The notes under the pieces are model-generated. The model did no database searches. It had not been told where the DNA came from and saw only the letters and a program-made list of their open reading frames with translations. Position numbers and translations under genes: made by a program. Below are positions 28,159-41,150 of a DNA stretch of 64,000 nt, piece after piece (within the stretch, counting starts at the first letter, position 1; each line of letters opens with the position of its first letter). This DNA is from Thalia democratica (lineage: Eukaryota). The stretch covers positions 39,184,001 through 39,248,000 of the forward strand of contig OZ241833.1 in the NCBI GenBank assembly GCA_965202585.1, in the 5' to 3' direction.

Positions 28159-31100
28159 ATGGATATACTTGGAGGCAGCATTGTGTTAAATAAAAGTTAG
28201 TATTATTTATGTATATTTTCTAAATTTAGATAAATAAAATTTTATCAAGTATTCTAAATTATTGTCTCTTCAATATAAAAGTATTTTTTTTATTATACTC
28301 TTTTTAATTAAATGACAGTTATTATAAAAACAATTTTTCTAAATTTTCAGATTTGAACCAAGCTGAACTGTTGATGACAGGCTTGAAACATATTATTCAA
28401 AAGCAAATCACAGAAAATCAAAATTTAGAAAACAAGAATTGCTGTTTAGAAATGGATAATAAAATTCTTGCTGATAAAAACACTGAATTGTTAAATGAAA
28501 ATAAGAAGTAAGTGAAAAAGTTTGAATTTTAACCACAATCAATGTTTCAAATAACTATTTTATTGTTATAACATTAGTACAAAATATTTTTAGTAAATAA
28601 ACATTGACAAAGATTATTTAAGATGTTTTATGGTATGAAACAATCCTAAATATTTTATATTGGTTCAGTTTAAAAACACAAAATTATCACAGTTTTGAAA
28701 TGGAGAATAAAAAAATGGCTGAAGCACAAGATAGATTAAAAAATAAAATTGAGGTGTTAAAAAAAGACCTCATTTTGAAAAATTCAGAGTGAGTATCAAT
28801 ATTTTTAAAGATTCTTAAATAGTTCAAGACTTTATCAAAATTAATTGCTTTTGTTATAGCTAAGTTTTAAAATTTATATTCAATAATTCAATAGTCAATG
28901 TAAAATATGCTATGTTAGTGAGAAGCAAAGTAGTATGGTCATAGTGTTTAAGATTAACATAAACTACCTGATATATATTTTTGTTTCATAAGTAATATTT
29001 TTGGAAGTACCTAAGATTTAGTATTAACTATTAATTAGTATTTAAAATATTGTCTAAGGTAGAAGTTTTTGCATTTTACCCCTCATGACATCATCACAGT
29101 GAAAAAATGTGATCAAAACTACTTATTTCTTGTTAAATAAATAAACTTTTATATAGAAGTATTGCTTGATTAGAAATTTATGCAATTTAAGTCAATCATC
29201 AAATTAAGTTTCTCTTTTTTTTAAATAATTTAATTTATCTAGATTACAAAATATCAAAAGATGTTTCTTTTTGGATCAATTTAGTGAAAAAGATGAAACA
29301 TCATACAATAATCAGAATGGTAAAAAAAGTTTTGAAATTTTCTTTTTTAATGTACACTTTGAAAATTTTTGATTTATGTAGATACCACAACAGATTCATC
29401 AGAAGCAATCTCTGAAAATGCATTGGTTAATGATTTGAATGAATTCAAAGGAGAACAAAAAGATTTTAGTGATAATATTGTGAATGTATCAAAGGGAAAT
29501 AAAGTAACACCAAATAATTCTCAGTTACCTCAATGTTTAGACAAAACTCCTGAGAACAGAGCTAGTAAGTTTGAAAGTTTTACTTAATTTATATGAAACT
29601 TTGTTTACACGTTTAAACTTTTAGAAGCTGAAAACTCAAGTTTTAACAACCACACTTCAAAAGCAAGTTATGTTGAATCAATGCAAATTGAATCAGATGA
29701 GTTATTGACCACTGATGAAAATTCAGGTGACAGCAGTTTAAGACAAGGTAAATTAATGGTTTCCAAAAAAAAAGTACAAGCTTGTTAGAAATAGTAAATT
29801 GTTTATAATGTTTTAAATGTTATAAGTTTTTTAAACAGTCACAATCAGCTTGTTAAGCTTTAAAATGGAAAATTTACTATATGTTCTATTGAAGTCTGCA
29901 TATTAAGTTTTTATGTTTTACTAAGATTATTTATAAAATTACCCTACAGGCATTGGAAAAACTAGAGTTAAGAATCGCATAAATAATAGAAGTTATTGTC
30001 AAAGTTCTGAAAAAAAATCATTACATATTGATATTAACTTAAATGCTAAAGGTAGATAGTTTAAGCAATTATTTATTTTTTAACTATACTGTTCATTTTT
30101 TGCTGTCATTTAGTGTAAATAAAATTAAAACAAAAGATTTTTTTTTCGTATAAAACCTTTCCATCATTTAAATTATGTTTTACCACTTACGACTTATATT
30201 ATCATGCAACAATTTCTATGGTATGTGTTTTTCATCTCAGTATTTTTAAAAGTATTATTTATTAACAGAAGAGAAAAATGTTTACTCAAAAAATCTAAAT
30301 CCAACTTCTAATGACGAAATTGGGCCTGAAAGTAATAAAAATTTAAACTTGTTTTTAGATGGTGAAATTTCAAATACTGTTGACAACAGCTCAACAGAAT
30401 TTGTTGACAAAGGTATTTATTTTTTTGTAACTTGATTAATTTTTTATTGTTGAATATACCAATGTATAAAAAAAAAAGTATAATATAATGATTTATTTGT
30501 AAGTAAATGTCTTTTTAGTTTTTTAATTCATCTTTTTATCAACTTGAATTGCATAATAATCAGTATTTTATTATAAAAGGGCAAGCTTGTTTTTAATTTT
30601 ATTTATTATTTTTATTTAATTTATAAGTTTTTACCTCTAATTTTATCTTTATATAATATTTTCAACATGAAACAACTTCTAACAAAGCCTACAAAAGAAA
30701 AATTTATAAAACAAATAAATTAATAGACAGACAAAAACAAGAGTGTTAATAACATTGTTTGTCAAACTATCATGCCTTATAAAAAAGCAAAAGCTTTTTC
30801 TAATATTCAGCACTAAAATAAGACTAACTATATCATTTGTAGGTGACATGTATTGTGGAAACGAAAAAAAGTTTGAATGCTCTGTATGTGATAAAAAGTT
30901 TGCCTCAAAAAAAACTTTATGTAATCATAAGAAGATACACGATAAAACTCATCAGTGTGAAGTTTGTCTGAAGTGTTTTGGAACCAAGTATCAACTTACT
31001 GTTCACATGAGAACTCACACGGGAGAAAAACCCTTCGTGTGTTCTACTTGTGATAAAAGATGCACTACAAAAAGTAATTTAAAAAGTCATCAGGCAACTC

Positions 31101-31168
31101 ACAGTGTTGAGAAAAAATTCAAGTACAAGGTTTGCCCAGATGACAGATATTTCAAAACTAAAGATTAA
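28159..31168 (+). CDS. C2H2 zinc-finger locus 2: coiled coil + acidic spacer + 3 intact fingers (414 aa, 9 exons)
   Basis: Exons 28159-28195, 28351-28507, 28693-28788, 29243-29319, 29382-29564, 29625-29747, 29950-30051, 30269-30412 and 30843-31168 join with GT-AG boundaries and consistent phase into a 1245-nt stop-free ORF; HTGEKP linker; degenerate fingers continue 31169-31430. Confidence 0.8.
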
Positions 31169-32400
31169 TCAAGTAGGCATATGAAGTTATTTTTATGTGA
31201 ACCAATGTTCTTGCACTAACTGTAAAAGAAGCTTCACACTTCATCAGGTTTTAATCAACATGTGAAACTTCATTACGATTATAAATATTCTTGCTGATAA
31301 TGCTAGAAGATATTTCACTGTTAATCTTACTGAAAGAAGACATGAACATTTTGAACCCAGTTACTCTTGTGCAAGTGTTGTAAAACGTTTTATACTTTAG
31401 CAAGTTTGAAAAGATATGAAGTTACTTATTAAAACCCAGTGGCCGTCACATATGAAACAATTAATTTTAAGGTTAAAAAAAATACTATATAAGTTTAATT
31501 TCAGTATAAACAATTAATGTAAACTTATTAATATTTTACAGCAGTAAATTTAAGTTTTTTATTAGTGAGTGGCATTCTTTTACCTTTAAAAATATTTTTT
31601 GTGTACCATTTAATATTTCATTGTTCTTTAATTAAATAAAAATTCATTTACCTTTTAAAGGGTTATCACACACCTAGGATAAAAAAATATTTTGAAATTT
31701 TGAAAATCTCAGGTATCTCATAGAACTCAGGAAAAACTAAAGAGTTATTTTTTTTTTGAACACGAATGACTCAGGATAGATATTTTTAACGTAGAAATAT
31801 AAAACTCTCTATAATTAAATTTGAAAAAAAAAATTAAAAACTATAAGTAGACAATTTGACCTTTAAATCAAATTATCTTCAACATGTACAAAAGCTATAT
31901 ACTATATTGTAGCTTTTTATGAACTGGTTGAAATTTTTAGTTTTCTTTTATTGATTAAAGTATTTTGCTTCACATAAAATAATACTTTCTTTAATGTATA
32001 AAAAAAAAAGTAAAATATTATTTTATCTTCAAGTACAATATTTTTTTATTTATGATAGCTCTAAATTAAACAATTTTCATTTTTATACTTTTTTTGCTTT
32101 ATTTAGATGCTATTTATAGTTGAAATCTTATATCAACTTTACCCGACACCTTTTAACTCTTCACTAGTTGATATATTACCAGATTCACACTAAAAATCTT
32201 TATATTTCAGCTTTAAAACCTTAATCAATTAACACAGAACATTTTTGTCAATGGAAGCAGTATATGCTTTATACAAATATCACATAACTAAATCTTTTAT
32301 AATAGTATTTCAAGACAGTATTTTTAATTTATCAGTTATCTATCTTATACAACTATATTTCAAAAGAGTATTGTTGATTAATCAGTTTCTTAATAGAAAA

Positions 32401-34385
32401 ATGGATATACTTGGAGGCAGCATTGTGTTAAATAAAAGTTAGTATCATTTATGTATATTTTTTAAATTTATATAAATATAATTTATTCAAGTATTTTAAA
32501 TTATTGTCTCTTCAATATAAAAGTCATTTTTTTATTATAATCTTTTTTATTAAATGACAGTTATTATAAAACATTTTTTTTTTAATTTTCAGATTTAAAC
32601 CAAGCTGAATTGTTGATGACAGGCTTGAAACATATCATTCAAAAGCAAATCACAGAAAATCAAATTTTAGAAAACTAGAATTGCTGTTTAGAAATGGATA
32701 ATAAAATTCTTGCTGATAAAACACTGAATTGTTAAATGAAAATAAGAAGTAAGTGAAAAGTTTATTTTGAATTTTAACCACAATCAATGTTTAAAATAAC
32801 TATTTTTTTTATAACATTAGTACAAAGTGTTTCAAGTAAATAAACATTGACAAAGATTATTTAAGATGTTTTGAGGTATGAAAAAATCATCAATATTTTA
32901 AATTGGTTCTGTTTAAAAACACAAAATTATCACAGTTTTGAAATGGAGAATAAAAAAATGGCTGAAGCACAAGATAAATTAAAAAATAAAATTGAGGTGT
33001 TAAAAAAAGACCTCATTTTGAAACATTCAGAGTGAGTATCAATGTTTCTAAAGATTCTTAAATAGTTAAAGACTTTATTAAAATTAATTGCTTTTGTTAT
33101 AGTTTAGTTTTAAAGTTTATTTTCAATAATTCAATAGTCAATGTAAAACATGCTATGTTAGTGAGAAGCAAAGTAGTATGGTCATAGTGTTTAAGACTAA
33201 CATAAACTACCTGTATATATTATTGTTTCATAAGTAATATTTATGGAAGTACCTAAGATTTAGTATTAACTATTAATTAGTATTGAAAACATTGTCTAAG
33301 GTAGTCGTTTTTGCATTTTACTCCTCATGACATCATCACAGTGAAAAAATGAGATCAAAACTAATTATTTCTTGTTAAATAAATAAACTTTTACGTTGAA
33401 GTATTGCTTGATTAGAAATTTATGCAATTTAAGTCAATCATCAAATTAAATTTCTCTTTTTTTTTATAATTTAATTTATCTAGATTACAAAATATCAAAA
33501 GATGTTTCTTTTTGGATCAACTTAGTGAAAAAGATGAAAAATCATACAATAATAAGAATGGTAAAATTAGTTTTGAAAAAAAAAATAATTAAATGTACAC
33601 TTTAAACATTTTTAATTTATGTAGATACCACAACAGAATTATCAGAAGAAATCTCTGAAGATGCATTGGCTAATGATTTGAATGAATTCAAAGGAGAACA
33701 AGAAGATTTTATTGATTATATTGTGAATGTATCAAAGGGAAATAAAGTAACACCAACAAATTCTCAGTTACCTCAATGTTTAGACAAAACTCCTAAAAAC
33801 AGAGCTAGTAAGTTTGAAAGTTTTTCTTAATTTGAATGCTCTGTATGTGATAAAAAGTTTGCCTTAAAACAAACTTTATGTAATCATAAGAAGGTACATG
33901 ATAAAACTCATCAGTGCGAAGTTTGTCTGAAGTGTTTTGGAACCAAGTATAAGCTTACTGTTCACATGAGAACTCACACGGGAGAAAAACCCTTCGTGTG
34001 TTCTACTTGTGATAAAAGATGCACTACAAAAAGTAATTTAAAAAGTCATCAGGCAACTCACAGTGTTGAGAAAAAATTCAAGTACAAAGTTTGCCCAGAT
34101 GACAGATGTTTCAAAATTAAAGATTAATCAAGTAGGCATATAAAGTTTTTTTTATGTGACCCAATATTCTTGCACTCACTGTGAAAAGAAGCTTCACACT
34201 TCATCAGGTTTTAATCAACATATGAATCTTCATTACGAACATAAATATTCTTGCTGATAATGCTAGAAGATATTTCACTATTAATCTTACTGAAAGAAGA
34301 CATGAACATTTTGAACCCAGTTACTCTTGTGCAAGTGTTGTAAGACATTTTATACTTTAGCAAGTTTGTAAAGACATGAAGTAAC
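32401..34385 (+). pseudogene. C2H2 zinc-finger locus 3: duplicated, deleted pseudogene copy of locus 2
   Basis: About 90% similar by eye to 27925-31430 (offset 4242 at the 5' end); TAG at 32676-32678, a 1-nt deletion in exon 2, and intron 5 fused directly to the finger exon at 33831-33833. Confidence 0.88.
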
Positions 34386-34934
34386 TAATTATAGAATTGC
34401 TAAATTATTTTTTCATTTTACTTGCTAAATGATAATAACTTAAAAAAAAAACAGAAAAAGTTTTTAATTTTACTTTTTTTAAATTGTGTTGAGTTAGTTT
34501 TGAATTTGTGAAAAGTCTATTGAATCATATTGGAAATTATTTAGTAATTATGGTTTCCTATGTAAACCATTATAAATTATGTAGTCTCTTGTTATTAATA
34601 AGAAATAAGAAATTATAACATCTATATTACTAAATTATGTTTATTTATATGTAAAAGCTTGTTTATGAGATTTATTTTAATTCAATTTTTGATTAAAAAA
34701 AATTAGTTTTGAACAAAAATCACTAAAAACCTGAAAACCCTTTATTTTTGAATAGATTTACATGTTAGATATTCTAACAATAATACAAAAATTTTTTACA
34801 CAAAACATTTTTTAAATTTTATTCTTACTCTTCTATTTCTTGATGTGAAATTATTCATTAAATAATTATTTCATTATCTAATTCATTTTAGATACATTTA
34901 CAGGAAACTTAATAATTATTATGTTATGATGAAA

Positions 34935-37900
34935 ATGGACAAAGTAGAAAAAAGCAAGGTGTTAAAAGAAAGTTAGTTTTATTTTTTAAAAATATTGAAC
35001 TTTTGTAAATTTATCAATATATACCTTTAACAATTGGTTTTATCTTATTTTTTAATAAAAATTTTTTAAAAACCATATATTTTTATTAACAAAACAAAAA
35101 AGTTAACCATTTAAAAAAAATTAAATCATAAACTTTTATATACTTAAAATTTATAGATTTATTACATGTCGTAAAAGAGTTCTTAAAATTAATGTTTATC
35201 CTGAAAGAAATTAATTCTTTTATTTACTTTTAGTTTACTTTTATAGATTCTAGTAAATTAGCTATAAATTTCTTAATGCTATACAATTGTGGTTTTTTTT
35301 ACTGGGTATGCCTCAAAGGCTAGTTGATTTGTTTTATTGCATATAAAGTTTAGTAATTTTTCAAATAAAAGCCAATGTTAGTTTCTGTAATAAAAAAAAA
35401 ATTGAACACCCCTACAGCCACAAATTATTTAAAATTAATTTTAGTATATATCAAACTAGAAGATGGAAACTCAAGTTTTAACAACCACACTTCGAATACA
35501 AGTGATGTCGAATCGATGCAAATTGAACCAGATCAGTTGTTTAACAATGAAGAAAATTCGAATAAGAGTCACAAAAATTCAAGACAAGGTGTGTTTAAAA
35601 GTTAAAATTAAAATTTTTACTTATTTGTAATAAAACGTTTTATACCTCTTAAATGCTCTATACTAGTTTTGTTACTTTTGAACATTTTGAATTAACTATT
35701 TTAGCTTTAAGGCAAAATTACTATATAAGCTCCAATAAAATTTGTTGTACATAAATAAACTTTTATGTTATGATAAATATTATACCATAAACTTTAATAA
35801 AATGATCACTCTACAGGGATTGAAAAAATCAGAGCTAACGTCCACGTAAATGATAGAAATGATTCTCAAAGTTCTGAGAAAAATCAATCAGATACTGGTA
35901 TAGACTTAAATGCTAAAGGTAAATAACTTAAATAGTATTCACTTCTAATTTTTTGATTTTTCTACCAAGTAAACAAAAAAAGTAAAAAAAGGAAATTTTA
36001 AACTTAACACGTTTGTAACACCTGTTTAGTCACAGAACAGCTTATTAATCAATTATTTCAACATTCAATAAGTTCTATGAAAACTAATTAAAGTATAAGT
36101 TTTAATTTTCAAATTGTTTTCATACTAAATGAATTAACAGATGATTACTCGAAAAATGGCAATCAAAACTCAAATGACAACAAATTGATAAAAACTGAAC
36201 ATGAAAGTACTGAAAATTTAAGCTTGCATTCTGATGGTGAAGTTCCAATTGCTATTGACAACAGAACAACAGAATCTGCTAAAAAAAGTAATTATTCATT
36301 ATTATTTACTTGGTTGTTCACTCATTAATTAATTTATAAGTTTTAGAAATAATTTATGGAGTTTAGAAGTTGAGGTATTTTAAAATAAATTTGAGAATTT
36401 TTGTTAGTAAATGTTTTTTTTGCTTTATATGCCTTATGTTTTATTTTTCATAAGATAGTGTTTTTTTTTTCTGTCATTAAATTAAAAAAAAAAAGCTTAT
36501 ATAAAAAATGTTATTATTCATCACAATTAGATTTCTCCCGAATGATATAAATATGTATATATTATTTACTTCTCTGTTACTTTTACTTCTTAACATGTTT
36601 TTGTCTATTTAGTACATATTTGTCAAAGAAAAAAAATAACAAATCTACAAAACCAAATTATGATAGATTGTATAACATACTTACTGAATATCAACTAATT
36701 TATTTTGGTGAGTTATATTTTTTTATAAATCAAGGTTTATAAAAAGATATAAATGAGTTCACAATTTAAACACCTATATAGATGTATTGTATAAAAACAA
36801 TTGGCAGCTATTTTAGATAAATATTTAAAATATAATTTTCATATTAGTTAAAAATTTTTGAAAAGGTGAAAATCTTAGGAATCATTTTAAAGTAATTAAT
36901 GAAGCTTAACTAATTGGCTGCAATTAGGCAAAAAGTCATTGAAACTTTATGCTTCACTAAATAGTTTCGCTGCTTACTATAAATAATAATTAACTATAAA
37001 AAAAAAGTATATTTTTAATTATTATTAGAAAAATCTAATTTAGTTTTAAAACAGTAAAAACAATAAAATAAAAATTCGAAGTAATTAACTTTTGCACCTA
37101 AATAAATAGATTAACATTTTTGTTTATATTTTTGTTTAAAAATAACATTGTTTTTTCTACTCATATCTGATTTTATTTGTTAATATTTGTACCAGTTTAT
37201 TAAAATTTTTTGTTCTATATTTTTTCATCCTTGAGTCATTTGGTACTTTCTAATCCTTCATAGGCTCGTTTTGATTTCGTAAAATATGTTTTTTTGTGCT
37301 TTGTTTAGACGTTTTGACTACTAAATTTATTTTTTAATACATATTCTTTCACTTTTTCGTTAAAAGATAATTTATTAAAAGTTGCAATGTATATTAAACA
37401 GTTGTAAGTTCAGAACGAAAAGTTTCTTAAAGTGATTAAGTTTTTTTTTGTTTACAACCACTGACATTAAATGTCTGAATTTTTCAATGAATATAATTAA
37501 AAATTTGTACATTATAGCAACTAATCCAAAAAACTTTTTACAAAATATCATATAGTTCTTATACCTAATAAGTTGCTAATATAACTTGAAGTTACATGTA
37601 ATTTGTAGTAATTTAATTAAAACTGATAGTTTCGCTTTTAATGTTAAAAACTGAAGTTAAGGAAATTACAAACTTTAAACAATATATGGATTCATCGAAA
37701 TAAATCTGTAGTTATAGATGTTAATAATTTTATTAATATTTGTTTATAAGGTTGGACATTATAGAATTACTTCATATATTAACAAAATTTTATAATTAAT
37801 TTTTACAGTTTAGTATACAGTTAGCTAATGTTTTATAATTTTTTTTGTTGTACACTGCCCTAAGTAAAGTGAAGTAATTTGTATTTAGTTTAAGTTTTAT

Positions 37901-39774
37901 ATACATACAAAAAATTATTATGTTTAAGAAATGTTAAGTTTTATATTTTATAATCTTATATTTCAAAAACATAAACAACGACTACTTAAAAAGACTATTT
38001 TTAATAATAAAATTTTCTGCACAAGTTGTAATAATCTTAAGATCAAATATTTTTATTCACACAATTTATGTTTTAGTTAATTAACAGATAATTCAAGTGA
38101 ACAAAGTTCTGCTGATTTAGATGAAGATTTTGTACCTGATTCTTTGCATTCAGATCAATCTTCTAGCTCTAAAAGTAAAAGTTAGTTGTTTTTAATAGTA
38201 ATATTGGTAGATTACCCTTGTTTTTCTTAAAAATCCTTAAAACTAATAATGTTTTGTATAAAAGTGTTGTAAATTAAATACATGCTTTTATTGAAACAAT
38301 TTTTAAACTATATATGCATATGTAGTGAGTAATACTTTTAAAACATTGAATAAAAAGCAAGTTTGCAAAACTGAATAAAGATATTTTTTTTAGTTACTTC
38401 ATGATTTTAATTTTGAACGAGTTAATGTTTTAAATATGAGTAAAAAAAACTTATATGTAACATTTTATTTAATAAATACTAAGTTGGGTTAATTTAATGG
38501 TTGTTTATTTGTTTTGGCGAACATATAACTTATATTTTTATTTTATATGAATGGCTAAAAAGTATCAAATAGTAAGTGTATATTTGAAAATGTTTACTTT
38601 AAGTTTTGTTATTAACTTTCTAAACAGTTTATATGAAAAGTTAATACAATTTAATCTCTTAAGTAAATTTGATTATATTGATGCTGTTAGTTTTTTGTTA
38701 TAAACAATTAGTTTTTTATAAGTTTTTTTGTTGTGCTATTAAATAGTTACTCCTTATTTAGTATAAATATTTTATTTTTTAAATTTTAATGTAATAAGAT
38801 AAAAGTGTTCAAGTTTAAAAAATGACAAAACAACAAAGTCTGTTTAAATTTCGTACATGCTTTTCGACTGATATACATTAGAAAAATACAAAGAGTATTG
38901 ACTTATATCTCACATTTTTTGGTATAAAACAAAAACTGGTTCACACGTTTTTCGTATTTAAAACTCAATTTATTAAGTGTTCCAAAATAAACCAATGTTT
39001 TTGTCAAAAAATTTTGATCTGCTTTGCTTTTAAATATCAACTGAATATTAAACAAAACACCACATAATCTACTTATTTACAGTGATTTTGATTTATTGTT
39101 GAACTTGTTAGAGACGTTTATGAATATAGCTTATAGGTAATCATTAATATCAAAATATACGTTAGAAACTGTTTATTTTTTATTTAACAATAAGTTAAGT
39201 TTTTATGTAGTAATACTATTATATGTATATTTATTTACTTTCAGATGGTAGTTCGGCGCTCAAGAAAAATGAAAAACAATACAATTGCTCTGTTTGTAAG
39301 AAGAAATTTTCTAGTAGAAAAACTTTTTACCGCCACAAAAATGTTCACAATAAAAGCCATCAGTGTGAAGTTTGCTTGAAATATTTTGGAAGCAAAGTTC
39401 TTCTAAGTAAGCATATGAGAACTCACACTGGAGAAAAACCCTACGTATGTTCTACTTGCGATAAAAGATTTGCTCGAAAAGATGCTTTACAAAACCATCA
39501 GGCAACTCACATCTATGAGAGAAAAATCAAGTGCAAGATATGCCCGGATGACAGATATTTCAAGACTAAAAGCCAACTGAGCAGTCATATGCGTTTCCAC
39601 TATGAACCAAAACATTGTTGTATACGTTGTAATAAGAAGTTTCATACTTCGTCACATTTGAACGAACACATGAAATATCATTTTGAACCGACTTACGCTT
39701 GTGCAAAATGTGGTAGGAAATTTCACACATTAGCTAATTTGAAAAGACATGAAAAAAGAAAAACAGGATGTTAG
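34935..39774 (+). CDS. C2H2 zinc-finger locus 4: acidic spacer + 6 fingers (last one C2HC-like), 345 aa, 6 exons
   Basis: Exons 34935-34971 (MDKVEKSKVLKE; an in-frame ATG also at 34926), 35460-35588, 35817-35918, 36141-36287, 38088-38180 and 39245-39774; all phase-1 GT-AG junctions, 1038 nt without internal stop. Confidence 0.82.
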
Positions 39775-41024
39775 TGGCAATTTGGTTTAACTTGTTTTCA
39801 ACAACTTTATTTTGAACTCAGTTATATTAGATAATTGAAAGCTTATTTTTACTTATGAAGTATGTACAGAAAACTTCATTTTTTCAAGCAAATATTTAAT
39901 TGTATTAAAACTTTCATAAAAAAGTTTTTATAAGCGTAAAACTGTTTTACTTGTGCGATTTTAGGTGTTCTAAAATAAAAATTACTCAATTTTTCAATTA
40001 AACGACTTAAAGTATAAAATAATCTAGTTTTTCAATATAACTAATATTTTTTTTAGTTTGTGGTTTTTTTAATAACACTATAATATGTTTATATTATTTT
40101 GAAAACTACTTTGTTGGTTTTTTTGCTTTCTCTAAATATAACGTGATTTTGTAATTAGCAAAATTTCAAACAACTGCAGTTTGTTCTAGAGGACGTTGAA
40201 AATAATTAGTAAATTTGTTTTTTACGACTCTGCTATATCGCTTATCCCCACTAATAATAGATTAAATTTATATCAAAAAGTAGTTGTGTAACACAGTATA
40301 AGCAAATTATATAAGTTTTATTCAAGTCTTTTCTTTTAATTTGTTTGTATTTTGAATAAAGACTTTAAGAATGTTAAACTAAGCAATCTTGAATTATTTA
40401 AATATTAATTAGCTTTTATAATTTGACTTTTAGGATTTCCAAATTTTTTTTTAATGCGTTTAAAACAAGTTAACAGTTTTTGTTACTGTAACTTTATTGT
40501 TGATAAACTTGTTCTTTCTATCAAAGTTTTTGCCTATTTTGTATTTAATAATATCTATTTAATTTTTACTTTTAAAAGTGTCATTTTAACTAAGAAAAAT
40601 AAATATTTTATGAACAACTTTAAGTTTTGATCCTTTTTATCAAGTCTGAAAATGATGATTTTTACAATAGAAAAATAATATTAATGTATTTTCTTATGTG
40701 ATGAGTTTTAAAGTTTTCTTATTAATCTACTATTAGCTAGATTAAGAAAATAAATAGTTATTTTATTCTTTAAATTAAAATAATATTAGAGGTGCTAACT
40801 TTTTAAACCAGGTTTGAAAAAAATAATATATTTATCCTTTGTTCTAATATCTGATCAACCACATATGTTTCATCGACTTCTTTTATCTTTTAATGAAATT
40901 GTTTACTAAGTCAGAATTATTTGCTGTTTTTTTATTCCTTTATATATGCAAAAATATGTAATCAATCTTTATTATTTCATTTAAATTAATAGGTAATAGT
41001 AAAATGTTGTAATGTTAATAAATA

Positions 41025-41150
41025 TTATAGTTTATTGAACGACAAAAAATAAGACGCTCAAATTTTTTGGTCTTAGGACCTGGTGCACAAAAAGCCTTTC
41101 GGTTATCGAGTTGCACACCACAGGTACCTTTTAACGTCTTGTCCATTTTA
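41025..41150 (+). repeat. Dispersed ~120-bp repeat with AGGACCTGGTGCACA core (copy 1)
   Basis: Similar copies at 44735-44855 (+) and 46995-47095 (-). Confidence 0.7.

Noticed and set aside
30743-30842. ORF-track N-termini upstream of the finger exons (also 29369, 35375, 39223)
   Set aside because: These are intron read-through upstream of clear AG acceptors.
32245-32442. 65-aa ORF as an N-terminal coding extension
   Set aside because: The equivalent frame in locus 2 has a TAA; the conserved start is the ATG of the 37-nt exon.
25507-32678. TAG reassigned to a sense codon (three in-frame TAGs in otherwise clean exons)
   Set aside because: The paralogous residues differ (Gln, Glu, Lys), each is one or two substitutions from TAG, and TAG terminates the finger ORFs at 39774 and 62347.
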